Shown here: positions 18,817 through 27,020 of the stretch, one piece after another | Layout: each line of letters opens with the position of its first letter | Numbering within the stretch: the first letter of the stretch is position 1 | DNA from: Methyloligellaceae bacterium | Lineage (GTDB): Bacteria; Pseudomonadota; Alphaproteobacteria; Rhizobiales; Methyloligellaceae | Length of the DNA stretch: 40,000 bases | Assembly (NCBI GenBank): GCA_965227905.1 | Contig: OZ245780.1 | Location: forward strand, 1 to 40,000 | Direction of reading: 5' to 3' | Notes under the pieces: model-generated | Databases searched by the model: none | What the model saw: only the letters and a program-made list of their open reading frames with translations | Told to the model about the DNA's origin: nothing | Translations under genes and position numbers: made by a program

Positions 18817-20352
18817 ATGTTAGCGGCAACAACCGCCATTCAACGCGTGCCGATATTCGGGCGCATGTTCAAGGTCGACACGAGCACCGGGCTCGAGGAG
18901 CTCAATTCCTGGCCGGCCCTCATGGTCATGTCGGCATTCATCTGGTTGTCGATCGCCATCTTCCTCGGCATCGCCATGCCGATCACCCAGATTTTCGGGC
19001 TGGAAACGAACCTCTATTATCAGGCACTGACGGCCCATGGCGCCGCAATGTCCTTTCCGTTCGTCTTCCAGCTCATGGTCGGCGTCGGCCTTCACCGGGC
19101 CGGCGGCTGCCTTGGCAAGCCGGTGACGGGACCTCTGGTCGCGCTCTTCTATATTTTCATGAATGTGGGCGGCCTGCTGTTCGCCGTTGCGGTCTTGGGC
19201 GGACTGAAGATCAGCTATGCCGTCATGTTCCCCCTTCCCGTCGTCGGCGTTGAGACCGGTCAATGGGATCTGTGGACAGTGATCGTCGGCTTCACCGGCA
19301 TCGCGCTGATCCTGATTTCGGTGATCGTGCTCTATCCGGTCCAGGTCATCAAAATGCTGTTCTTCGATGATGCGCGCGAGGAGTTGGTTCTGTCGCCCCG
19401 CACGCTCAAGGACCCGGGCATGCTGGGCATGGCGATGGCGGCTTTCGTGCTGCTGATCATGGGAACGCCTCTCATCATCGTCGCAAGTGCCGTGTTGCTG
19501 GCCCTCTATGGCATTCTGCCCATGGCGGCCGTCACCTGGGCTGTCGATCCGATGGTGTTCCAGTTCGTGTTCTACATCTTTGCGCACAACCTCATGGAGG
19601 CCATGGCGATCATGGTCATCAGTGCGGTCTATGCGACATTGCCGCTATACCTGGCAGACGGGACACGGAAGCTGTACAGCGACCGCATCGCCAATCTTGC
19701 CCTGTGGATCCTGCTGGTGACGTCGGTCACATCCTTCTTCCACCACTTCTTCACGATGTTCCCGGCGTTGCCTGCGGCTTTGTCCTATCACGGCAACATC
19801 ATGAGTTGGGGTACGGGCGTCGGCGCCGCTCTGACGATCTTTACCGTCGTCGCAACGATCTGGAAGCACGGCATTCGGCCCGAGTCCGGCCTGATGGCGG
19901 TCCTCATGGGCTTCGTGCTCTACATCATGGATGGCGTCAGCGCGATCGTGACTTCGACCGTCGCCTGGTCCTTCCAGCTTCACGGCACCATGTGGCAGTC
20001 GGGGCATACGATGGCGGTGCTCATATCCATGAGCATGATGTGGATCGGGGTGTTCATCCACCACTATCCGGTGATGACGGGCCGAACCCTGAGCAAGACG
20101 ATCGGCAGCTGGTTCGTCGGCCTCTATACGGTCGGCGCCATGGGCCTCGCCTATTCGTTCCTGGCCGCCGGCGCCGCCGGAATGCCGCGGCGCTTTGCGG
20201 AGTGGAACCAGGAAGGCTGGATGATGTATGGCTACATGATCCTGTTCTTCGGGATCTGCCTGCTGGCATCCTTCGTCGTGCTCGGTCTCGATCTGAGGCG
20301 CTCACGCGATATCCCTGCAACGGTGCAAGGCCAGCCTGCACCGGCAGAATAG
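18817..20352 (+). CDS. heme-copper oxidoreductase subunit I, divergent B-family-like
   Basis: 511-aa polytopic protein preceded by the RBS GAGGGGAGGA. YYQALTAHGAAM matches the helix II heme His. FYIFAHNLMEAM matches the CuB His. SFFHHFF matches the CuB HH pair. LHGTMWQSGHTMAV is the helix X region. The segment DPMVFQFVFYIFAHNLMEAMAIMVISAVYATLP aligns, from memory, to Thermus ba3 DPLVARTLFWWTGHPIVYFWLLPAYAIIYTILP. Confidence 0.85.
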   Translation: MLAATTAIQRVPIFGRMFKVDTSTGLEELNSWPALMVMSAFIWLSIAIFLGIAMPITQIFGLETNLYYQALTAHGAAMSFPFVFQLMVGVGLHRAGGCLGKPVTGPLVALFYIFMNVGGLLFAVAVLGGLKISYAVMFPLPVVGVETGQWDLWTVIVGFTGIALILISVIVLYPVQVIKMLFFDDAREELVLSPRTLKDPGMLGMAMAAFVLLIMGTPLIIVASAVLLALYGILPMAAVTWAVDPMVFQFVFYIFAHNLMEAMAIMVISAVYATLPLYLADGTRKLYSDRIANLALWILLVTSVTSFFHHFFTMFPALPAALSYHGNIMSWGTGVGAALTIFTVVATIWKHGIRPESGLMAVLMGFVLYIMDGVSAIVTSTVAWSFQLHGTMWQSGHTMAVLISMSMMWIGVFIHHYPVMTGRTLSKTIGSWFVGLYTVGAMGLAYSFLAAGAAGMPRRFAEWNQEGWMMYGYMILFFGICLLASFVVLGLDLRRSRDIPATVQGQPAPAE

Positions 20353-20372
20353 TTTTATAGGATCGGAAACAA

Positions 20373-20405
20373 GGGGCGGGGCCAACTTCTGGCTCCGCCC
20401 TTTTT
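20373..20405 (+). terminator. rho-independent terminator after the oxidase operon
   Basis: GGGGCGGGGCC (20373-20383), loop aacttct, GGCTCCGCCC (20391-20400, one mismatch), followed by TTTTT (20401-20405). It lies 21 nt after the subunit I stop. Confidence 0.6.
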
Positions 20406-20504
20406 CGTGGGAGCGGCGTCCGACGCTCGAACAATTCCCAGGACTATGATTAGGTGTTGCTGACAAGCGCGTCGTCACAAGGACGCTGAGGGAGACAGAA
20501 CGGC

Positions 20505-21122
20505 ATGATCTACGAAATGCGCACCTACAATTGCGTGCCGGGCAAGGCCCCGGAACTGCTTGAGCGCATCGGCGCGGCTTATGAGCACCGCGCGAAATAT
20601 TCCAAGGCGGCAGGCTTCTGGTACACCGATATCGGACCGCTGCATCAGGTCGTGCATATCTGGCCCTATGAGGACCCCGGCGAGCGCCAGCGCATTCGCG
20701 CCGAAGCGTCAAAGGACGAAAACTGGCCGCCTCATGTCTATGACATTCTGGATAACGCCCAGTCAGACATCTATGTGCCCGCACCGTTCTGTCCGGAGCT
20801 CAAAACAGGCGACCTCGGCCCGATCTATGAAATGCGCATCTACACGTTCAAGCCCGGCAGTTTTGCCGAGGTCGTGAAGCGCTGGGAAGAGGCGCTGGAT
20901 GAACGCCAGAAACTCTCGCCGCTGCTTCTCGCAATGATCAGCGAGAATGGGCCGCTTAACCGGTATGTGCATGTCTGGCCCTATGAGAGCCTGCAGCACC
21001 GCAGCGAGATCCGCGCTGAGGCCGAGGCCAAAGGTGTCTGGCCACCTAAGGGGGCGAGGCAGTTTTCGGTCAGGCAGGAGAACAAGATTCTGTTGCCGGC
21101 ATCTTTTTCTCCATTGCAATAG
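20505..21122 (+). CDS. NIPSNAP family protein (two repeats)
   Basis: MIYEMRTYNCVPGK...GPLHQVVHIWPYEDPGERQRIR is repeated as IYEMRIYTFKPGS...GPLNRYVHVWPYESLQHRSEIR. This is the typical NIPSNAP duplicated dimeric alpha-beta barrel pattern. Confidence 0.8.
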   Translation: MIYEMRTYNCVPGKAPELLERIGAAYEHRAKYSKAAGFWYTDIGPLHQVVHIWPYEDPGERQRIRAEASKDENWPPHVYDILDNAQSDIYVPAPFCPELKTGDLGPIYEMRIYTFKPGSFAEVVKRWEEALDERQKLSPLLLAMISENGPLNRYVHVWPYESLQHRSEIRAEAEAKGVWPPKGARQFSVRQENKILLPASFSPLQ

Positions 21123-21370
21123 GGCGGGTGAGGCGATCTTGCTTATGGCAATTCTTCGTATCTTGCTAGCCTTGCAAGCAGTCACTGTACTAAGCGGACA
21201 TACGAACCTGAGCTAAGCGCTGATGCAAACAAAGCTTCGCAGGACGTTCGTCAAGCTGCATGTCAGTGCCCCAGAGAGCTGATCCCGCAGCGGATCTACT
21301 TTCACGTGATAGTTTCGATCGGAGCCGGTGCTACAACTCACGCTAATACGTTTCAATAGAGGGTAATTCC

Positions 21371-22300
21371 ATGGATTTGGAAGAACGATCGAAAAACCTG
21401 GGTCGCCTATGGTGGATCACGGATGCACCATTATTCGTTGACGAGGTCCTCGTTCGTCGGATCCATGACGCGGTGATTTGGCCCGAATTTGAAGAAGAAT
21501 ATGTCGAGAAAACCAAGTTCAGCAAAGTAACAAGGTCCTTGGAAGGTGCGGCTAAGGCGGAGGGCGAAGGCGAGTTCAAGCTTCCCGAATTGATAGAATG
21601 GCTTAGCCCGAAGCTAATAGCGAAATCGGCCTTGGAGGGCAGCGTTGCGCGGATGAGCGAGGACGAATCGAAAAGCGTCGTCAAAGGCAATCCAGTCGTT
21701 AGCAGCGAGCGCAAATTGAATGATTTGGCCGTTGAGTATCTCTCCGAGTTTCCCGAACGCCTCCTGTTCGTGGATGTTCCGGGCGGTCAGTTTTCAAACT
21801 TCCAGGGAGAAGTAACTCGTGAACAGCTCGACAAACTTCTCGATTCCCCGCCACGACCCGTGGTTTTCGTCAACATTCTGCCAGGAGCGCCGCTCTTTCC
21901 AACCGTGGCGGAAATGGAGGCTGGCGAATTTCGACCGATCTTCCCCGCGCTCGATCGGATATTCTTAGCTAGAGAGAATCCAACTCCACGCTATGACGAT
22001 AGAGACAAGGGCAAACGCAGTGCCTATTGGGCAGCAGTTAGCAAAAACTTCGGATCACGCGTAGCCATGCAGGAGTTGGAAAAGGCCTGTGGTCGTGGCC
22101 GGATTGGTTGGATTGACTTCAGAATTCTGTTCGACAACGAAGGATCTACTGGTCACCTGCACGTTGTTCCAGCCGGCAAAGCCCATGCCGGCATCTTCGG
22201 CTATAATTTCGTTCATAGAGGGCACAAATACGGATGTCGAGTGGTGGCGACACTAAAATCGGGTACCGACATGAATGTCCTCGCAATCTACGAGCGCTAA
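21371..22300 (+). CDS. hypothetical protein (309 aa, no family recognised)
   Basis: ATG start with AGAGGG upstream and a clean 309-codon ORF with protein-like composition (e.g. GRIGWIDFRILFDNEGSTGHLHVVPAGKAHAGIFGYNFVHRGHKYGCRVVATL). Its stop lies 3 nt before the start of the HAD gene, suggesting translational coupling. Confidence 0.6.
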   Translation: MDLEERSKNLGRLWWITDAPLFVDEVLVRRIHDAVIWPEFEEEYVEKTKFSKVTRSLEGAAKAEGEGEFKLPELIEWLSPKLIAKSALEGSVARMSEDESKSVVKGNPVVSSERKLNDLAVEYLSEFPERLLFVDVPGGQFSNFQGEVTREQLDKLLDSPPRPVVFVNILPGAPLFPTVAEMEAGEFRPIFPALDRIFLARENPTPRYDDRDKGKRSAYWAAVSKNFGSRVAMQELEKACGRGRIGWIDFRILFDNEGSTGHLHVVPAGKAHAGIFGYNFVHRGHKYGCRVVATLKSGTDMNVLAIYER

Positions 22301-22303
22301 ACC

Positions 22304-23011
22304 ATGACTCACGGATTGCTAGTTACCGATGCCGACAACACACTCTGGGACACAAACAAAGTTTTCGCCGACGCACAGCTCGAAATCCTCGAACAGATCG
22401 AGATTGAAATCGGGGTACCAACTAATCCCCACGATCGCCTCGCATTTGTACGCCAAATCGATCAAGGCATTGCTCAACGACATGAGGCTGGCCTCAATTA
22501 TCCGCCTGAGCTTCTGGTGAAGGCAATTGTCGAGGCGCTTGGCTCTGCGGCACTGGGGGACAAGAAGATCGATGAAATCGTAGCCTCGTATTTCGATGTC
22601 CTTACAAAAACACCAAGACTACGGCACGGGGTTCGCCGGACCCTGAAGTGGCTGACCAAAGCTGATGTAGAGATCATCGTCGCGAGTGAAGGTGACGAAA
22701 CGCGACTGCGCAATAATCTCGACATGCACAAGCTGGACACAATCGTATCGGATTTGGTCATTGGACGAAAAAATCGTGAGTTTTTCAACGGACTCTTCCA
22801 GCGAAGCGGCGATAGCTACCCGAAGGTCTGCGTCGGTGACCAATTGGATCGGGATATCTTGCCGGCGAACGAAGCAGGCTTCAAAACGCTCTATTTCCCC
22901 GGAGGCTTCCGGCCGTCTTGGGAGTTCGATATGGCCGCTCAGGAAACTGATCGTGTGATAAAATCCTACACCGAAGTCAAAGACGCTTTCGCACTTCGCG
23001 ATGCGGCTTGA
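22304..23011 (+). CDS. HAD-superfamily hydrolase/phosphatase
   Basis: Motif I is LLVTDADNTLWDT (DxDxT). Motif II is IIVASEGD. Motif IV is VGDQLDRDILPANEAGF. The alpha-helical cap between motifs I and II is consistent with HAD subfamily I. Confidence 0.75.
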   Translation: MTHGLLVTDADNTLWDTNKVFADAQLEILEQIEIEIGVPTNPHDRLAFVRQIDQGIAQRHEAGLNYPPELLVKAIVEALGSAALGDKKIDEIVASYFDVLTKTPRLRHGVRRTLKWLTKADVEIIVASEGDETRLRNNLDMHKLDTIVSDLVIGRKNREFFNGLFQRSGDSYPKVCVGDQLDRDILPANEAGFKTLYFPGGFRPSWEFDMAAQETDRVIKSYTEVKDAFALRDAA

Positions 23012-23541
23012 TTGTTCGCAAGCTCGAAATTGTTGATCGATGAGTCGGCCCTTCGCCACCAACCGTCGGTTGACAGCCCTGGGAAAAACGAAATGTCCGC
23101 TTTCCTTATTTCAACGGTATTGGTTGGCGTTTCGATGAGCTCGATTGATGAAACCTCAAAAGGAGCGTTAGCCGCTCCCAAAAAACTCTGGTACTTACAC
23201 AAAAAGAGCGCCGCGAGGCATTCGGTCGACGGATCGCCAGGCGTTACTAAAAGCCTGGATAGTCGCTGAGGCTCGTGGGTTTCGAAATAGTTGATCAAAG
23301 GATCGCGATCTCCCAAATGGAAAGTGTGATCGACGCTATTGTCGATCCAGCGATGCCAGTCCGTTTTGAGATCGGCAAAATCGGCAGCAATGTTCGACTC
23401 AGAGTCCAGGGATTGTCCGCCGATGTAAGAAACCCGTGCTTTGACGATCTCGTTGTGTCCATGGGGAATTTGGCACTTTTCCGATCCGCATTGAAGCAGT
23501 CTGTGAGCCACAGAAAAACGTCGGCTGAAAACAATATCCAT
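22966..23541 (-). CDS. QueD / 6-pyruvoyl-tetrahydropterin synthase family protein (long form, 191 aa)
   Basis: FSVAHRLL...EKCQIPHGHNEIVKARV...DFADLKTDW...VDHTFHLG...PSTECLAALFL...IETPTN aligns motif by motif with E. coli QueD. The corresponding QueD segments are FEAAHRL...KCGRLHGHSF...DFAELK...LDHHYLN...PTSEVLA...KETCT. It is the last gene of the minus-strand operon, and its 3' end overlaps the HAD gene by 46 nt. Confidence 0.75.
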   Translation of the reverse strand: MDIVFSRRFSVAHRLLQCGSEKCQIPHGHNEIVKARVSYIGGQSLDSESNIAADFADLKTDWHRWIDNSVDHTFHLGDRDPLINYFETHEPQRLSRLLVTPGDPSTECLAALFLCKYQSFLGAANAPFEVSSIELIETPTNTVEIRKADISFFPGLSTDGWWRRADSSINNFELANNQAASRSAKASLTSV

Positions 23542-23546
23542 GAGTT

Positions 23547-24563
23547 TTAGTTCTTGCCTATAAATGTTCGGCTAACGTCATTGTGATCGGAACCGCCCAG
23601 AAAATCGATGTATTCTTTGCAGTCGAAACGCTGACCGCAGGCTGTGCATTGAGCCTTCAATTCTACAGTGATTGCGCTTCCTGGTGCGAGACGGGACGTT
23701 TCGACCGAGCCCCCTTCGACGTCTTCAGGGTTCGCCTGAAATACCAACTCGGTCGCACGCAATTTCTGGGCTTGCTTTATGGTCCATTCGAGCGCTGCCT
23801 GAGCGATTGTATCATCAACAGGTATCGCCATAAGACGACGCTCATCTGTCTGTTCATTGACAAAAAATAGAACGCAGCGCGCCGGCAGGTTGCCTGTTCG
23901 TTCCTCGAATAGTTTCGCGTAAGCCACTAATTGTCGGGCATAATCCGTCAAATAGGTGCTATCGGCACGCGCTCCTTTGTAATCCCAGATTTCCCATTCA
24001 TTGGGCTGCGCAAACACAGGCGTCTCTTCAGGAACGCCTGTCAGCGTGTCCAAGTCTTGCCAGCGCCAAGAACGATCGTAAGTAAGAGGCTTTTCCTGCT
24101 GGAGAACCAAGTCAAGCACACCGGTCAGCATAAGGCGCTTCTTGCCTGCGAAATCCTGTGCGATCAACTTTCTGACTGTCCGAATTTCGTATTCGACATG
24201 TTTGGCGCCTTCAATTGCCGCACGAACGATTTCGTCCGGCTGGCCGCCAGGAAACAAATTGTTCTGAACACGACCGAGGATTTCTTTTTTCGAAGTAAAC
24301 GCTGTTCTGACACCACGCGCATACAGCACCCTGTAGTGCTTCTCAAGTTGAGCCTGTAGCGCATCCACATCTGGAAACGCGTCAGTCCGGCGCAATTCGT
24401 TCGCCATCCACTCCATGGCGTGGTGGATGAGTCGCCCCTCCATCGCCTGGATTTGTTCATAGGGATGGAAGCCCGCCAGCTTCTCGAAAGACCAAGCGCG
24501 TGGACAACGCCGATGCGCCAGTATATCGCCGGTATACGAAAATTCGAGAACGTCATTGCTCAT
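23547..24563 (-). CDS. PD-(D/E)XK nuclease with Cas4/AddB-type Fe-S cysteine signature
   Basis: 338 aa. An N-terminal Cys (HRRCPRAW) plus the C-terminal CTACGQRFDC (Cx2Cx5C) form the 4-Cys pattern of Cas4/AddB nucleases. The catalytic core is LTGVLDLV...EIWDYKGAR...YARQLVAYAKLF (D...ExK...QxxxY). The start overlaps the helicase stop by 11 nt. Confidence 0.75.
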   Translation of the reverse strand: MSNDVLEFSYTGDILAHRRCPRAWSFEKLAGFHPYEQIQAMEGRLIHHAMEWMANELRRTDAFPDVDALQAQLEKHYRVLYARGVRTAFTSKKEILGRVQNNLFPGGQPDEIVRAAIEGAKHVEYEIRTVRKLIAQDFAGKKRLMLTGVLDLVLQQEKPLTYDRSWRWQDLDTLTGVPEETPVFAQPNEWEIWDYKGARADSTYLTDYARQLVAYAKLFEERTGNLPARCVLFFVNEQTDERRLMAIPVDDTIAQAALEWTIKQAQKLRATELVFQANPEDVEGGSVETSRLAPGSAITVELKAQCTACGQRFDCKEYIDFLGGSDHNDVSRTFIGKN

Positions 24564-26991
24564 GCCATAACCTGACTTCCACGTCTTCTACATCGGGATG
24601 CTCAGTTGGCGACTGAAATTCAAAGAGAGTCTCTAAGGCCGGATTTGGTGCCATAAATGCTTTTTCCGGATCGACTTCTTGCAAGATCGTCAGTGACTTT
24701 TCAGCGCGGGACATCGCGACGTAAGCTTCGCGTTCGCGGTCGGCCATAGCGAGGTCATTGCAGCTAGGATCAGAGGTGGTGACTGACGTATCTGTCAGTT
24801 CGTATCCCACCCTTTGACCACTGAAGAGCTTGGTCCGGAGCACAGGTCCGAACTCGATTTCACGTCCGATGCCCGTAACAATCACATGATCGAACTCAAG
24901 GCCCTTCGACGTGTGGTGTGTCATCAGTATTACTGCGTCCTGCTCGAAGAATTCGACCTCCTGGTCCTCGGGGTCTTCGTTCTGAACGTATCCACCAAAG
25001 TGATGTAGAAGTTCCCAGTATTGTTTCTGCCATTCTACTTTCCCGCTAACACGCTCGGCGTTAAGCGGTTGATCGAGGGACCGCATCGTCAACCTTGTTG
25101 GGGCGATGTTCGCTTCAAGCAATTGGGTAAACAGTGCCTGACGGAAGAGTTCCATTGTGTAACCAGCGCCACGAAAGAGGGGGTCAGCCAACAATCGCGC
25201 CACCAGACCAGCGATCGTTAAGCGTCCGCCAACACTACTCGCAATGAGATCTTCTCGAATCTGATCAAGCAAATCGGTCAGTCGCTTTCGATCAGGCGTC
25301 GGTTGCCCAATTCGCCCCCCTCCGTCCTTTACAAACTTCTTCTGGCAAGCAATGTGATGCCCATTCATAGGAAAATGTGGATCGGCGGAGTAAGCCGCCG
25401 CCCTTTTGGCCGAACAGGCCGCAGGACTACCCTGATAGCAACTGGCCCATACTTCTACCGACCGATTCGACGCACCCACCCGCTGCTTTGTGACTGGATC
25501 GATGAGATACGACAAAAGGCCAAGCAGCATTGAGACGGGGCTATCACTGTCTGTCGCGGTCTTGCTACTTGTGTTGAATACACGCAAGCCTTCGGCTTCC
25601 ATGGCCTGCCGCAAAACAAAGGCTGGCGAAGGACTGGATCTTTGCCCCGCCTTTTCGCGCGCTGAGAACATGATGACAGCGGCGCTTTCCGGCGAATCTT
25701 CGCGGCCTACTGGTTTTGCAGCAAGTTCCTTCGCTGCCGCTTCGCAAACTGCCCTCCAAGGTCCGGCGAGATGCCGAATTGGCTGATCGTGCGCTGTCGA
25801 CTGACTGTTTGACCGTACAGACTTTGGTAAAGCTAGTTGTCTCAGGACGGTCGCATTCTTGAATGCCTGACAAAAATCTACAATCGTCTTTGTACTGCGA
25901 TAATTCGTTTCGAGGGTTTCGGCCCGATAATTGGTTCCGATATCTTCACAGTGAGGCCGCAGCCCGTGGAAACAATCAATATCCGAGCCTCGGAAACGAT
26001 AAAGCGCCTGATCGTCATCGCCTACGACAGTAAGTTTGCAAGTTGGATTTGTGAGCCAAGCTGTATGGATCGCAAACTGGATTGGATTGCTGTCCTGAAA
26101 TTCGTCAACAAAGATATGATCGAAATGATCGATCATATCGGGCTGCGCATGCAGGAAAACCCGCTGAATGGTAGCGAAGTCCACTACCTTGCCATCAGCA
26201 AGCAAATCCTCCCACCGCGCTGCAAGGTCAATAAGGTCAGTGGTAACGCCAGATACGCCCGGCCGCTTATCGACCCCATTCGGTGTTCCAGCTTGTTCAC
26301 AGCGTGGCGTCCACGTCTCGAAATGCTGTGCAATCATTTCGAGCATAACCTTCGTCAAACGCATTCCCGAAAGCGACAGCGTGTTGTCCTCCCACGGCTT
26401 GGTGAATAGCGCGAGAAATTCACCCCTACGCAATAAGCGAGTGACCGGGCCGGTATTGTCTTTGCCTAGCGAGTAATGACTGCGGTTCATCCTCGCAAAA
26501 GTTTCGGCCTGGTCCATCATTGTCCGACCGTCTTCGCGGTAAGCATCATTGTGGTCCACAAGGATCTGTTCACAGAGGCTATGGATAGTGCCGATGTGAA
26601 CGTTGTGGATTTGAGGATCTCGAACCGCGATCCCAAGCTGCTTAGCTTCTCTTTGAAGGGCTTCCGCACGCTCTGAAGCGCGAATGATAAGCTCAGTAGC
26701 CGCGCGCTTCGTGAATGTCGTGACAATAATCCGTCCTGGATTGGCGCCCGCCACCATTAGATCATAGAGCAAACGCCAGACGATCATTTCTGTTTTGCCG
26801 GAACCAGGGCCAGCGAGAATTTGAAGGACGCGATCAGATGAATCAACACCAATAATCCGCCGCTGCACGCCGTCTTCTGGTAAACGGTCTCGGCCATTCG
26901 CCTGCAACACTGCGTCGACCACTGCGAAATATTGCGCCGGTTGAAGTAGTGCGGACTCTGCGAGCGGGTTGCTTGGTGAATTAGTTGTCAT
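24553..26991 (-). CDS. UvrD/Rep/PcrA-type SF1 DNA helicase
   Basis: 812 aa with a full motif set. Motif I is LAGPGSGKTE, Ia is TTFTKRAATEL, II is FVDEFQDSNPIQ and III is VVGDDDQALYRFRGS. Motif IV is TNYRST, V is HHTSKGLEFDHVIV and VI is AYVAMSRAEKSL. Confidence 0.9.
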   Translation of the reverse strand: MTTNSPSNPLAESALLQPAQYFAVVDAVLQANGRDRLPEDGVQRRIIGVDSSDRVLQILAGPGSGKTEMIVWRLLYDLMVAGANPGRIIVTTFTKRAATELIIRASERAEALQREAKQLGIAVRDPQIHNVHIGTIHSLCEQILVDHNDAYREDGRTMMDQAETFARMNRSHYSLGKDNTGPVTRLLRRGEFLALFTKPWEDNTLSLSGMRLTKVMLEMIAQHFETWTPRCEQAGTPNGVDKRPGVSGVTTDLIDLAARWEDLLADGKVVDFATIQRVFLHAQPDMIDHFDHIFVDEFQDSNPIQFAIHTAWLTNPTCKLTVVGDDDQALYRFRGSDIDCFHGLRPHCEDIGTNYRAETLETNYRSTKTIVDFCQAFKNATVLRQLALPKSVRSNSQSTAHDQPIRHLAGPWRAVCEAAAKELAAKPVGREDSPESAAVIMFSAREKAGQRSSPSPAFVLRQAMEAEGLRVFNTSSKTATDSDSPVSMLLGLLSYLIDPVTKQRVGASNRSVEVWASCYQGSPAACSAKRAAAYSADPHFPMNGHHIACQKKFVKDGGGRIGQPTPDRKRLTDLLDQIREDLIASSVGGRLTIAGLVARLLADPLFRGAGYTMELFRQALFTQLLEANIAPTRLTMRSLDQPLNAERVSGKVEWQKQYWELLHHFGGYVQNEDPEDQEVEFFEQDAVILMTHHTSKGLEFDHVIVTGIGREIEFGPVLRTKLFSGQRVGYELTDTSVTTSDPSCNDLAMADREREAYVAMSRAEKSLTILQEVDPEKAFMAPNPALETLFEFQSPTEHPDVEDVEVRLWHEQ

Positions 26992-27020
26992 CCCTGTACG
27001 TCATCCACTAGCAGCAGACA

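Noticed and set aside
18820-20360. Minus-strand ORFs 18820..19587 and 19645..20064, and + strand ORF 19704..20360
   Set aside because: They are antisense or off-frame to oxidase subunit I. Their translations are Arg/His/Asp-rich, whereas the 18817..20352 frame gives 12 or more hydrophobic helices with heme/Cu ligand motifs.
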